A stretch of 57,471 nt of DNA from an uncultured Saprospiraceae bacterium. Lineage in GTDB: Bacteria > Bacteroidota > Bacteroidia > Chitinophagales > Saprospiraceae. Both the position numbers and the translations under genes were made by a program. Each line of letters begins with the position of its first letter. Within the stretch, counting starts at the first letter, position 1. The stretch spans positions 1 through 57,471 of the forward strand of contig CALFYH010000088.1 in the NCBI GenBank assembly GCA_937952155.1, read 5' to 3'. This document shows, one piece after another, positions 28,791-39,138 of this stretch. Under the pieces are notes generated by a model. The model saw only the letters and a program-made list of their open reading frames with translations. It had not been told where the DNA came from and ran no database searches.

Positions 28791-31538
28791 ATGACAAAAG
28801 TAAAATACGTATATAGTTTCGGTGGTGGCGTAGCCGATGGTAATGAGTCAATGAAAAATCTTTTGGGTGGTAAAGGCGCCAATCTTGCCGAAATGGCAGG
28901 TCATCCTGATTTATTACTTCCAGTACCTCCAGGATTTACGATCACCACTGAAGTGTGTACATACTATTATGATCATGGCAAATCATACCCTGAATCATTA
29001 ATAGCTGAAACAAACGAGGCGATCAAAAAAGTAGAGCATCTTATAGGTCGTACCTACGGTGATAAAGATAATCCACTGCTTCTCTCCGTCAGATCAGGTG
29101 CCAGAAGGTCGATGCCTGGTATGATGGATACAGTGCTCAATATCGGACTTAATGACGAGACGATTAAAGGATTGATAGCACAAACAGGAAATGAACGTTT
29201 TGCATACGATGCATACAGACGACTCATCATGATGTATGCTGATGTGGTGATGGAAAAAGCAGCAGGTATAGAACCAAAACACGGCAAAGGTATAAGGCGT
29301 ATTTTGGAAGAAAAGATGGACGAAGCCAAAGAAAAGATGGGTTATGTTCAGGATACGGATATGACGGCAGAAGATTTAAAAGATATCGTCAATATTTTTA
29401 AAATTACTGTCAATAAATATCTTGGCAAACCATTTCCAGAAGATCCGTTTGACCAGTTGTGGGGCGGAATTGGAGCTGTATTTGGCAGTTGGAATGGAAA
29501 ACGTGCGGTGGAATATCGCCGTATAGAAAAAATACCTAATGAATGGGGCACTGCAGTGAATGTTCAGTCTATGGTATTCGGTAATATGGGAGATGATTGT
29601 GCTACTGGTGTTGCTTTTACGCGAAATCCAGGTAATGGTGATCCACATTTTTATGGTGAATATCTCGTCAATGCACAAGGAGAAGATGTTGTAGCAGGAA
29701 TTCGTACACCTGGACCTATCAATGATTTCTCAAAAAACAGTCAAAGTGAACATTTAGCTACTTTGAGTTATATCATGCCTAAATTGTATGAAGAGTTGAA
29801 TTCCTATCAGAAAAAACTTGAGTTGCATTACAAAGACATGCAAGATATCGAGTTTACTATAGAACGCGATAAATTATACATGTTGCAGTGCCGTGTCGGA
29901 AAAAGAAATGGTGTAGCAGCAGTAAAGATGGCGATGGATATGTACAAGGAAGGATTGATCTCTAAAGAGACAGCGATCAGCCGTATCGGGCCTAATCAAT
30001 TAATAGAGCTCTTGTTGCCTAGACTAGATCCTGAAACAGAAAAATCTACCACACCTATAGCAAAAGGATTGCCGGCTGGACCAGGTGGCGCTAAAGGTAG
30101 GATTGTCTTTGATTCCGAAAAAGCAGTTGCTTGGGCTGAGAAAAAGATCGCTGTTATTCTTGTAAGAGATGAAACTTCACCAGAAGATGTGGATGGTATG
30201 CACGCTTCAAAAGCGATACTTACCAGTAAAGGCGGTATGACATCTCATGCTGCACTCGTAGCCCGTGGATGGGGAAAATGCTGTATTGTAGGATGCAACG
30301 ACATCGAGATCAACGCTGAAAATGGCACTTTGAAAACTAAATCTGGCAAAGTCCTCCACGAAGGCGACTGGATAAGTCTCAATGGTACAACAGGCTTGGT
30401 TTATGAAGGTGCTATGCCTTTGGTTTCTGTGAATATTGACGAAAATCAGTCTTATAGTGACCTAATGAAAATCGTGGATGAGGTGAAAGTAATGGAGGTA
30501 AGAGCAAATGCCGAGACTCCTGATGATGCTTTACATGCCATTCATTTTGGTGCCAAGGGAATAGGTTTATTCCGTACTGAACACATGTTTTATGGTGAAA
30601 ATAGTGAAGAGCCTCTATTCCTATTGCGCAAAATGATTGTCAGTGATAGTGAAGAAGAGAGAAGAAAAGCACTAAATGAATTGTTTACTTATGTCAAATC
30701 AGATATTAAGAAAACCATGGATGTGATGGACGGATACCCTGTGACTATCAGATTGTTGGATCCACCACTTCACGAATTTGTACCTCATGATAAGGTGAAA
30801 ATGACCGAATTGAGTCATGAATTAGGTATTAAAGTCAGTACATTAAAAAAACGGGTTTTAGGCTTACACGAAAACAATCCAATGTTAGGTCATAGAGGTG
30901 TGAGATTGGGTATCAGCTATCCTGAAATCACCGAAATGCAAATCCGAGCCATTTTTGAGGCAGCTGCAGAACTAACAGATAAAGGTAAAAAAGTTTTTCC
31001 AGAAATCATGGTTCCGGTCACTTGTACCGTCAATGAGTTGAAACACCAACGAGAAATTGTAGAGCGAGTATATGGAGAAGTATTGGTAAAAACTGGCAAA
31101 GAAAAGATTGATTACGCTTATGGTACAATGATTGAGACGCCAAGAGCAGCCTTGAAAGCAGATCATATGGCATTAGAAGCAGAGTTTTTCAGCTTTGGTA
31201 CAAATGACCTCACACAAATGAGTTTTGGATTCAGTAGAGATGATATCGGTGGCTTCCTTCCTGCTTATTTGGACAAAAAGATCTTACGTGATGATCCGTT
31301 TGTCACTATTGACCAACAAGGTGTAGGCGAATTATTAAAATTAGGTATTGAAAGAGGTCGAAAAACAAGGTCCGGTATGAAAATCGGAATTTGTGGAGAA
31401 CACGGAGGAGATCCTGAGAGTGTTAAATTTTGTCACCTTATAGGAATGAATTATGTGAGCTGCTCTCCTTTTAGAGTGCCGATAGCTAGACTTGCAGCGG
31501 CTCAGGCTGCCCTTGAGGATAACCAAAAAAGTAATTGA
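28791..31538 (+). CDS. ppdK: pyruvate, phosphate dikinase
   Basis: 915 aa with GGKGANLAEM, the phosphohistidine loop TSKGGMTSHAALVARGWGK and the C-terminal CGEHGGDP. Confidence 0.97.
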   Translation: MTKVKYVYSFGGGVADGNESMKNLLGGKGANLAEMAGHPDLLLPVPPGFTITTEVCTYYYDHGKSYPESLIAETNEAIKKVEHLIGRTYGDKDNPLLLSVRSGARRSMPGMMDTVLNIGLNDETIKGLIAQTGNERFAYDAYRRLIMMYADVVMEKAAGIEPKHGKGIRRILEEKMDEAKEKMGYVQDTDMTAEDLKDIVNIFKITVNKYLGKPFPEDPFDQLWGGIGAVFGSWNGKRAVEYRRIEKIPNEWGTAVNVQSMVFGNMGDDCATGVAFTRNPGNGDPHFYGEYLVNAQGEDVVAGIRTPGPINDFSKNSQSEHLATLSYIMPKLYEELNSYQKKLELHYKDMQDIEFTIERDKLYMLQCRVGKRNGVAAVKMAMDMYKEGLISKETAISRIGPNQLIELLLPRLDPETEKSTTPIAKGLPAGPGGAKGRIVFDSEKAVAWAEKKIAVILVRDETSPEDVDGMHASKAILTSKGGMTSHAALVARGWGKCCIVGCNDIEINAENGTLKTKSGKVLHEGDWISLNGTTGLVYEGAMPLVSVNIDENQSYSDLMKIVDEVKVMEVRANAETPDDALHAIHFGAKGIGLFRTEHMFYGENSEEPLFLLRKMIVSDSEEERRKALNELFTYVKSDIKKTMDVMDGYPVTIRLLDPPLHEFVPHDKVKMTELSHELGIKVSTLKKRVLGLHENNPMLGHRGVRLGISYPEITEMQIRAIFEAAAELTDKGKKVFPEIMVPVTCTVNELKHQREIVERVYGEVLVKTGKEKIDYAYGTMIETPRAALKADHMALEAEFFSFGTNDLTQMSFGFSRDDIGGFLPAYLDKKILRDDPFVTIDQQGVGELLKLGIERGRKTRSGMKIGICGEHGGDPESVKFCHLIGMNYVSCSPFRVPIARLAAAQAALEDNQKSN

Positions 31539-31552
31539 TTTTGATATAAACA

Positions 31553-31599
31553 AAGAAAGGTTATTGTCCAAACTGTGATAATAACCTTTCTTAATTTTT
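31553..31599. terminator. bidirectional rho-independent terminator between ppdK and the M28 peptidase gene
   Basis: A perfect 13-bp stem (AAGAAAGGTTATT 31553-31565 / AATAACCTTTCTT 31580-31592) closes a 14-nt loop and is followed by AATTTTT. It lies between convergent stops at 31538 and 31614. Confidence 0.6.
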
Positions 31600-31613
31600 A
31601 TCTATAACTTAAA

Positions 31614-33239
31614 TTATTTTACTACACCATCGACTACTATTCGATCAGGTCTGTTGGCAAGCTCCCACAAAGTATGGAAAATAAGTCTGCCGATTCCAGC
31701 CATCTTGTCAAAATTTATCTTTTCTATATCATCAGTGGTTCTGTGATAATCTTCGTGTGTCCCACTAAAATAAAAGATTGAAGGAATACCTTTTTTTGCA
31801 AAGTTGTAATGGTCTGATCTGTAATAAAATTTATTAGGATCTTTTTCGTCATTGTAGGTATAATCCAGTATGAGTTGAGTATATTTTTGGTTTGCGGCTT
31901 CATTGATTTTATGTAAATCCGTGCTCAATCTATCTGAACCTATGACATATATATAGTCTGGATTATCTTTGTACTTTTCATCTACACGACCTATCATATC
32001 TACATTTATATCAGCGACGGTAGATGCCAATGGGAATATTGGATTTTCAGAATAATATTCAGAACCCAATAATCCTTTTTCTTCACCACAAAACCAAACA
32101 AAAACAATACTTCGCTCAGGTCTATTTCCTTGAAGGACTGCACCTTGACATGTTCGGGCAAGTTCTAAGAGTGTGCTTGTTCCAGACGCATTATCATCTG
32201 CACCATTAAATATCTCATCACCTCTTTTCCCTAAATGGTCATAATGCGCCGATACAACTATATATTCATCTTTTTTGGTCTTTCCTTCTATATAACCAAT
32301 GATATTATTTCCTTCGAGCACTTTTACTTCCTTTGCCATATTGATTATAAAATCGGTTTCTAATTTTACATTCGATGGCTTGCCTTTTGCAATTTTTTTA
32401 CGGGCTTTTATGATTTTATTTTCATTATTGCCTATAATATCTTTAGCAATAGTGGAAGAAATAAAAACATGGTTTGCTGTTGTTAAAGTCTTATCTTTAA
32501 GATTGCCGAGTTGAAGATTTGCTGACAATAACTTCGATCGGTTATCATCTACCAATTTTTTAATATCATCTTCTATTATTAAAACCAACTTGGCACCTTT
32601 TTCTTTAGCTACTTTGAGTTTCATCTTCAAATCCCTAGACCAAGCTGAAGTGTCTTTTGTACCACTGATACAAGAATTGCCATCTTTATTCCATGGTTCA
32701 CCTTTATTAATCATGATAATTTTATCTTTGACATCTGCCTTCTTGTAATCACTGTATTCTGGTGAGTCTATACCATAACCCAAAAACAAGACTTCGCTAT
32801 CCTTGATAATTTCCTTGTTTTCATTGTTTTCGGGCATTGCCAGATAATCCCACATAAGTCGATATCTTTTACCTGAAATATACATATCCGTATCTAACCA
32901 CTTTGAATATGTAAACGCTACTGGGTGCAAATATCCCTGCTGTGCATTTGGGGCATAAAGACCAAGATTTCTAAGAGTTTTAGATATGTAATCTGCGGCT
33001 AGTTGAATGCCTTTTTGTCCAGTTTCTCTTCCTTCGAGTGAGTCTGATGCCAATACTTTCATGTGATCCCTCAGTCTTGCAGGAGAAATGCCAGATGCAA
33101 GACGATAAGCAACATCAGATTCGTTAACTACCTTTGGCTGCCCTTTGTCAGGCACCACAACACCTGAAGTGTACTGACTATATCCTACTCCATATTGGAA
33201 AACTAAAATAAATATGAATAATGAAATATTATGTTTCAT
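31614..33239 (-). CDS. M28 family aminopeptidase, secreted
   Basis: 541 aa with a signal peptide. M28 motifs are VSAHYDHLG, GADDNASGTSTLLELAR, FCGEEKGLLGSEYY and YYRSDHYNFAKKGIP. Confidence 0.85.
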   Translation of the reverse strand: MKHNISLFIFILVFQYGVGYSQYTSGVVVPDKGQPKVVNESDVAYRLASGISPARLRDHMKVLASDSLEGRETGQKGIQLAADYISKTLRNLGLYAPNAQQGYLHPVAFTYSKWLDTDMYISGKRYRLMWDYLAMPENNENKEIIKDSEVLFLGYGIDSPEYSDYKKADVKDKIIMINKGEPWNKDGNSCISGTKDTSAWSRDLKMKLKVAKEKGAKLVLIIEDDIKKLVDDNRSKLLSANLQLGNLKDKTLTTANHVFISSTIAKDIIGNNENKIIKARKKIAKGKPSNVKLETDFIINMAKEVKVLEGNNIIGYIEGKTKKDEYIVVSAHYDHLGKRGDEIFNGADDNASGTSTLLELARTCQGAVLQGNRPERSIVFVWFCGEEKGLLGSEYYSENPIFPLASTVADINVDMIGRVDEKYKDNPDYIYVIGSDRLSTDLHKINEAANQKYTQLILDYTYNDEKDPNKFYYRSDHYNFAKKGIPSIFYFSGTHEDYHRTTDDIEKINFDKMAGIGRLIFHTLWELANRPDRIVVDGVVK

Positions 33240-33305
33240 TCGGTTTAAAATTTTAATTATGTAAAACGGTGATTGAAGAAATCAGTTCAAATAAAACGTA
33301 ATTAT

Positions 33306-33734
33306 CTAACAAGAAATTTTATTTACCCTGTTTTGGTGTCTTCCACCTTCAAAACTGCTTTGAAGATATGCCTTGATGATTTTTCCAGCCATCATTTTGC
33401 TTACAAAACGTGCTGGTAAACAAAGAATATTGCTATTGTTATGTTGTCTAGCAAGAGATCCTAGCTCTGGTGTCCAGCATAATGCTGCTCGGATACCTTG
33501 ATGTTTATTTGCAGACATGCAGACTCCGTTACCGCTTCCGCAAATAAGAATTCCGACATCAACACTTTTATTTTCCACAGCAGTGGCTACTGGATGGGCA
33601 AAGTCAGGATAATCTACAGATGCTACAGATGCAGTCCCAAAGTCCTGCACCTGATATCCTTTTATTTTTAGCAACTTTATTGCGTATGTTTTATATTCAA
33701 ATCCCGCATGATCTGAGCCTATTGCTATCTTCAT
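33306..33734 (-). CDS. rpiB: ribose 5-phosphate isomerase B
   Basis: 142 aa with MKIAIGSDHAGFEYK, GILICGSGNGVCMSANK and ARQHNNSNILCLPARF. Confidence 0.9.
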   Translation of the reverse strand: MKIAIGSDHAGFEYKTYAIKLLKIKGYQVQDFGTASVASVDYPDFAHPVATAVENKSVDVGILICGSGNGVCMSANKHQGIRAALCWTPELGSLARQHNNSNILCLPARFVSKMMAGKIIKAYLQSSFEGGRHQNRVNKISC

Positions 33735-33741
33735 TTATAAA

Positions 33742-36700
33742 TCAATTTGCAGGTTCAGAAGCCTTTAAAAAAGGAGATAATAAATCTTGCATTTCCTTCT
33801 CAAACGCAGGGTCTTCTACTTTTTTTGCCGTTTCTATTATATCCTGAGCCGCACTGAGCCTATATTGATAGTCTTGTTGGAAACTATCGAATACGTCCTT
33901 ATCTGTTTGTGATTCGTAAAAGTCCAAATACTGTTTCGTTTCTTTGGCAAGGATGCTAAGCTGTTTCTTGACTGAAACAAAGTCTTTTGAATTTACCAGT
34001 ACATTTATGAATGGCATTATACCAGAATCATAAGGGAAATTCATATCAGGGAAAGATTTAAAATATTTATTAGCCATCTCAGAAGCCCGTTTTGGATCTC
34101 CTTTTCTATCAAATTCGATAGCTGCCCTGAGCATCACTAACTTCATCGCCTGAACTTCAGCCATATAACTCTTATCTACATATAGTTTCAAGCTATCGAA
34201 ATTTCCCCATTTCCACTTGGTCATCACATTGTCATAGACCTTATTTTCATCTACATCACCAAATCCATAAATACTTGGTAATTGAGATTTAACTCTCACT
34301 TTTGTCGGTGAAATCCTTAGACCCAAACCTTCCATTTCTACATAATTGTCAAGGCCTAATAGTTTGGATGATTGGCAAGTTATTGCAAAATAAATAGGTC
34401 GATCATAAAAATTGGAAGCAATAACATCCATGATAGCCAAATCATCTTTAGTAAACGAATTGCTACCTTTACCTGGCTGGATGATGATCCTATCTATTAC
34501 TTCTGAAGTATCAATATTGGGCTGTAATCCTAATTTGCTATATTTCTGATAATCTACAGGTAGATAGAATGCTTTGCTAGAAACTATCGTTTGTCCTTGG
34601 ATTGTATTTCTTGGGTCACCAATTGATCTGAGACCTTCAAATATATTCATAGGAACATTCATGTCTTCATTTCTAGGATTGAAGAAGAATATTTGATTTC
34701 TATTTTTGCCTCGATATTGTTCTTCTGTCAATGTCAATTTTAATGGTGGAGAGTCATTCACCTTATTTCTCAACTTATTGATATACCAATCCACTGCAAT
34801 CAAACTCAGATTGACCACACGCACATCGCGTCTGATATTTTCGACTTCTTGTGCGTACCATAATGGGTATGTATCATTGTCACCATAAGTAAATATAATA
34901 CTATTGGGTGCAACACTATTTAGGAAATTGGCAGCATAGTCTCTAGATGCTTTGTGGTGTTTTCGACTATGATCGTCAAAATTTTGAAAGCCCATTATGA
35001 TCGGTGCAGATAGTACAAGCAAACCTGCCAATGCTGCTGGAGCAACTCCTTGTATTTTTGATGCAAACATCTGGTAAAGTGCCAATACACCCATTCCCAT
35101 CCAAATACAAAAAGTCATAAATGAGCCTACTAGTACATAATCACGCTCTCTTGGTTCGTTCGGTGGTTGATTAGAGTAGATAATAATGCCTATACCCGTG
35201 ATAATAAACAACACAAATAAAGTGATAAAATCCTTTCTTCTCTGTTTGAAATGGAAAAACATACCGAGAAGCCCAAAAATCAAAGGCAAAAAGTAATATT
35301 TGTTAGCTGATTCGTCATTTTTCATCGCATCAGGAAGCTTATCCATTTTGTACAATTTGGCTTCGTCTAATGGTGTAATGCCCGACATCCAATGACCTTT
35401 GGAGATATCCCACGGATAGTAACCTTGCTCAGCGGTCTGTCGTCCCACAAAATTCCACATAAAATATCTGAAATACATCCAATTTATCTGGTAATGAAAC
35501 ATAAACTGCAGGTTGTAACCCATTGTTGGCTTTCCTTTGCTATCGCCATTTAAAGCCTCTCTCCACATACGATGCAAATCTGGTCTCCCTTGATCTGTAT
35601 GTCCGATACGTGGGAATAAAATCTTGTCTTTTTTGTCGTAAACATAATCATACTTTTCATCCACGATTTCGTATTTGTCACCAACTCGTCCATATCGCGG
35701 TGTGCGTTTTACATCTGAAGGCTCTGCATCATAATGTGGACCAGATAACAATGGTCTTTCTCCATATTGCTCACGATTGAGATATGGCAAAAGTCTCATT
35801 GCGTCTCCTGGTACATTCATATTGATCGGTGTATCTGTGTTCGCTCTTATGACAACTACACCAATAGTAGAAAATGCTACTGTGATCAATATTGCTGAAA
35901 TAGCTGCAACTTGAAGTAACTGGTTTCCTTTCTTTTGTGCATATTTGACGCCAAAATATCCTAAAGCTGCTACAATCAATAATGTTGGTATTATACCCGA
36001 ATGTACTGGCAAACCAAAACTATTTACAAACAACAACTCCATATTTTTCCAAAGAGTGGGAATACCTACAATTATTACTTTCATGATAAAAACAATAGCA
36101 GCAACTCCAGCAGCCATGGCTATCAAAGCACCTTTGAATGTATGCTCTTTATATTTCTTATAATAAACAAGTAGGGCAATTGCTGGCAATGACAAAATAC
36201 TCAATAAGTGAACACCAACAGACATACCACTGACAAATAAACTCAACACGAGCCATCTCAAAGCTTCTGACTCATCTTCGATATAATAATATTTCGTAGC
36301 GGCCCATAAAGTCATCACGGTAAACATCGTGGACATAGCATAAACTTCTCCTTCAACAGCCGAAAACCAAATCGATGTAGAAAATGCGGTAGCCAATCCT
36401 GCTACTAAACCTGCAAATGATAAGGCAATATTTTCAGCATTGCTTGTATCGGTATTTCTACCCAATAACGCCAGTTTTCCAAACATAATGGTCGTCCATG
36501 CTATCATCATTGCGGCTATGGATGTACATATAGCTGACATAAGATTTACGGCAAAAGCTATATCTGCTGGATCGTCAGAAAAAACTGTGGCTAACCAAGC
36601 AAACATTCTACCGATGATGACAAAAAGTCCTGCTCCTGGTGGATGCACTACTTGTAGTTTATAAGCTCCCAATATAAATTCGCCGCAATCCCATAAACTG

Positions 36701-36792
36701 CCTGTGCGCTCTACTGAGTGATAATAAACAAAAAGACTAATAAAAAATACCAGCAAGCCGGTGATGTTTGAATACTTTTTTAAAGACTGCAT
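33742..36792 (-). CDS. DUF2723 (TMEM260-like, GT-C type) large membrane protein
   Basis: 1016 aa. The N-terminal half has about 11 TM segments and opens with the typical SLWDCGEFILGAYKLQVVHPPGAGLF. The C-terminal half is soluble and helical. Its stop is 7 nt from the rpiB start. Confidence 0.8.
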   Translation of the reverse strand: MQSLKKYSNITGLLVFFISLFVYYHSVERTGSLWDCGEFILGAYKLQVVHPPGAGLFVIIGRMFAWLATVFSDDPADIAFAVNLMSAICTSIAAMMIAWTTIMFGKLALLGRNTDTSNAENIALSFAGLVAGLATAFSTSIWFSAVEGEVYAMSTMFTVMTLWAATKYYYIEDESEALRWLVLSLFVSGMSVGVHLLSILSLPAIALLVYYKKYKEHTFKGALIAMAAGVAAIVFIMKVIIVGIPTLWKNMELLFVNSFGLPVHSGIIPTLLIVAALGYFGVKYAQKKGNQLLQVAAISAILITVAFSTIGVVVIRANTDTPINMNVPGDAMRLLPYLNREQYGERPLLSGPHYDAEPSDVKRTPRYGRVGDKYEIVDEKYDYVYDKKDKILFPRIGHTDQGRPDLHRMWREALNGDSKGKPTMGYNLQFMFHYQINWMYFRYFMWNFVGRQTAEQGYYPWDISKGHWMSGITPLDEAKLYKMDKLPDAMKNDESANKYYFLPLIFGLLGMFFHFKQRRKDFITLFVLFIITGIGIIIYSNQPPNEPRERDYVLVGSFMTFCIWMGMGVLALYQMFASKIQGVAPAALAGLLVLSAPIIMGFQNFDDHSRKHHKASRDYAANFLNSVAPNSIIFTYGDNDTYPLWYAQEVENIRRDVRVVNLSLIAVDWYINKLRNKVNDSPPLKLTLTEEQYRGKNRNQIFFFNPRNEDMNVPMNIFEGLRSIGDPRNTIQGQTIVSSKAFYLPVDYQKYSKLGLQPNIDTSEVIDRIIIQPGKGSNSFTKDDLAIMDVIASNFYDRPIYFAITCQSSKLLGLDNYVEMEGLGLRISPTKVRVKSQLPSIYGFGDVDENKVYDNVMTKWKWGNFDSLKLYVDKSYMAEVQAMKLVMLRAAIEFDRKGDPKRASEMANKYFKSFPDMNFPYDSGIMPFINVLVNSKDFVSVKKQLSILAKETKQYLDFYESQTDKDVFDSFQQDYQYRLSAAQDIIETAKKVEDPAFEKEMQDLLSPFLKASEPAN

Positions 36793-36840
36793 ACAATACT
36801 GTTGCTTTTAGTTTTTAAATATTTGGCCTAAATCCAGTGA

Positions 36841-36848
36841 CAAAAGTA
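36841..36848 (-). promoter_or_regulatory. candidate -7 promoter box (TAnnTTTG) for the DUF2723-rpiB unit
   Basis: Plus strand reads CAAAAGTA, which is TACTTTTG on the minus strand. It lies 48 nt upstream of the ATG at 36792. Confidence 0.3.
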
Positions 36849-36996
36849 ATAAAAATACTTTAAAACAAGTATTAATATGTTTATTGCCTGTTTTCTAGTA
36901 GGCCTTGACAAGTCCAAAGGAACTCATTTTTACTAGTAATTATTGTAAAAATCCCGATTTTGACATTTCTATAACATAATTTTAGTTAAAATCCCG

Positions 36997-37004
36997 TACA
37001 TTTG
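36997..37004 (+). promoter_or_regulatory. candidate -7 promoter box (TAnnTTTG) for the 53-codon ORF / RluA unit
   Basis: TACATTTG lies 19 nt upstream of the ATG at 37024. Confidence 0.45.
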
Positions 37005-37023
37005 CAAGAATCTGTAACTCTTT

Positions 37024-37185
37024 ATGATTAAATATCTGATTTTATCTTTGATTAGTTATTATATATTTGTCCACTATCTTTCACCATTGATAGAGACAAA
37101 TAAAAATTCCAACCATCAACAAAGAAATGATAAGAAAAACAACAATCATGAAGACGAATATGTTGATTACGAAGAAATAGAGTAA
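37024..37185 (+). CDS. small membrane protein (53 aa), DUF4834-like; not in ORF track
   Basis: The protein is MIKYLILSLISYYIFVHYLSPLIETNKNSNHQQRNDKKNNNHEDEYVDYEEIE. It has one N-terminal TM helix, a polar linker and an acidic EYVDYEEI tail, as I recall for Bacteroidota DUF4834 proteins. A -7 box lies upstream. Confidence 0.5.
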   Translation: MIKYLILSLISYYIFVHYLSPLIETNKNSNHQQRNDKKNNNHEDEYVDYEEIE

Positions 37186-37191
37186 ATAATT

Positions 37192-37923
37192 TTGCAACCA
37201 ATACACAACGTGGATCTTTCGCTACTTAAAAATTTTGTAAATAAAACACCTTCTTTTGAGTCAGATTATGAAATAGTTGACGAAACAGATGATTTTATTG
37301 TTATTCTTAAAAAACATGGACTAGCAGTACAAGTCACTGATAAGGAAGTGGATGACTTGGAGTCAATATTGAATAACCGATATAAGGAAAAAGTACATGT
37401 CCTTAACCGTATCGATCAGCCTGTGACAGGATTGGTTATCTTTGGTAAAAATAAGAATTTTGCGTCAAATTTTACGGAAATGCTTAAAGAAAGATCAGTT
37501 AAAAAGACTTATCTGGCACTCGTTTCTGGCAATCCAGAAAAAGAACCAACTGAATTAAAACATTATATCAAAAAGCTCCATAACAGAGCGATGACTGCTG
37601 ATGAAAAAGTAGATGAATACTTCAAGGAAGCTGTACTTGTATATACACTTTTGCAATCTTTTGACAAATATCATTTGCTGAAGATAGATTTGAAAACTGG
37701 TAGATTCCACCAAATAAGGGCTCAACTCGCCACTATGGAAATGCCGATAAAGGGTGATCTAAAATATGGATCAAGACGTCCTAACTTAGATAGAAGTATC
37801 GGCTTATTATCCTATAAACTAGAATTTATTCATCCTTTTACTCTTGAAAAACACTGCTATAAGGCGCCTTTACCCAATAACGATATATTGTGGTCATTGG
37901 TAGATATGAGTCTGATTGACTAA
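37192..37923 (+). CDS. RluA family pseudouridine synthase
   Basis: 243 aa with the catalytic-Asp motif LNRIDQPVTGLVIFGKN and GRFHQIRAQLA. The start is uncertain: TTG at 37192 or an in-frame GTG at 37210. Confidence 0.8.
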   Translation: MQPIHNVDLSLLKNFVNKTPSFESDYEIVDETDDFIVILKKHGLAVQVTDKEVDDLESILNNRYKEKVHVLNRIDQPVTGLVIFGKNKNFASNFTEMLKERSVKKTYLALVSGNPEKEPTELKHYIKKLHNRAMTADEKVDEYFKEAVLVYTLLQSFDKYHLLKIDLKTGRFHQIRAQLATMEMPIKGDLKYGSRRPNLDRSIGLLSYKLEFIHPFTLEKHCYKAPLPNNDILWSLVDMSLID

Positions 37924-37936
37924 TCAAAATTATAAC

Positions 37937-37944
37937 TACCTTTG
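37937..37944 (+). promoter_or_regulatory. candidate -7 promoter box (TAnnTTTG) for thiL
   Basis: TACCTTTG lies 15 nt upstream of the ATG at 37960. Confidence 0.45.
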
Positions 37945-37959
37945 TGGCAAATTTGAATC

Positions 37960-39006
37960 ATGAGTAACCAATCAATTCCGACTTTTACCGATATTAGTAC
38001 CCTTGGAGAATTTGGGTTGATAAATGAATTGACTAAAAACAATACTTCAAATCATCAAAATACGATCAAAAGTATCGGAGATGATGCTGCAGTGATAGGA
38101 ACTAATGACGAGTCCATCGTCATCTCTACTGATATGCTTGTAGAAGGTATCCACTTTGACCTCATGTACACGCCGCTTAAACATCTAGGATACAAATCGG
38201 TAGTGGTAAATCTTTCAGACATCTATGCGATGAATGCAGTGCCTACACATATTACTGTTTCTGTGGCTATCTCTAGCAAATATTCGCTCGAGGCAATGCA
38301 GGAATTTTATGATGGTATTTATACAGCTTGCAAAATGTACAATATTGATCTTGTAGGAGGTGACACCACTTCTTCTCCTAAAGGAATGATTATAAGTATT
38401 ACTGCCGTTGGACAAGCAAAAAAAGATAAAATTGTGTATCGATCAGGCGCTAAAAAAGGTGATATCCTCTGTGTCACAGGCGACCTTGGTGCGGCATATC
38501 TAGGTCTCCAAATCCTCGAACGCGAAAAACAAGTTTATCTAGCTCATCCTGGTGTACAACCTGAGCTCGATAAAAGCCAGTATCTGATAGAGCGACAACT
38601 AAAACCAGAAGCACAACGTGGTGCAATTGAATACTTCAAAAGAGAGAAAATCGTTCCTACATCCATGATAGATGTGTCTGATGGCCTAGCCAGTGAATTG
38701 CTTCATATTTGTAATCAATCAGGTGTTGGTGCCTTCATAGAAGAAGGTAAAGTGCCTATTCATCCTGACTCCGAATTAGCGGCCCTTGAGTTCAAACTTG
38801 ATCCGATCACTTGTGCGCTTCATGGTGGCGAAGATTATGAGTTGTTATTTACCATTGATGAAAAGGACTTAGAAAAAATCAGATTTATGCCTGAAGTGTA
38901 TATTATCGGTGAGATTACGGACAAAACTGATGGTATTAAGCTACATACTACAGGTGGGAATATGCACAACATTACTGCACAGGGTTGGAATCATTTTGCT
39001 GAGTAA
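37960..39006 (+). CDS. thiL: thiamine-monophosphate kinase
   Basis: 348 aa with an AIR-synthase-like fold. Motifs are IGDDAAV, TDMLVEGIHF, GGDTTSS and DVSDGLASEL. Confidence 0.9.
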   Translation: MSNQSIPTFTDISTLGEFGLINELTKNNTSNHQNTIKSIGDDAAVIGTNDESIVISTDMLVEGIHFDLMYTPLKHLGYKSVVVNLSDIYAMNAVPTHITVSVAISSKYSLEAMQEFYDGIYTACKMYNIDLVGGDTTSSPKGMIISITAVGQAKKDKIVYRSGAKKGDILCVTGDLGAAYLGLQILEREKQVYLAHPGVQPELDKSQYLIERQLKPEAQRGAIEYFKREKIVPTSMIDVSDGLASELLHICNQSGVGAFIEEGKVPIHPDSELAALEFKLDPITCALHGGEDYELLFTIDEKDLEKIRFMPEVYIIGEITDKTDGIKLHTTGGNMHNITAQGWNHFAE

Positions 39007-39116
39007 TCTCTTAATTTTGGTATATTGGACTCATCGTTAAATGAATTCTGTCATTGATGATCAAAGCATTTGAAAATAAAAATTTGTAAAATTTTTTACA
39101 TTCTGCCGAATCTACA

Positions 39117-39124
39117 TACTTTTG
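39117..39124 (+). promoter_or_regulatory. candidate -7 promoter box (TAnnTTTG)
   Basis: TACTTTTG lies 14 nt upstream of the ATG at 39139. It falls inside the track's longer TTG-initiated ORF, which argues for the ATG start. Confidence 0.45.
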
Positions 39125-39138
39125 GCAAAATTTTTTTC

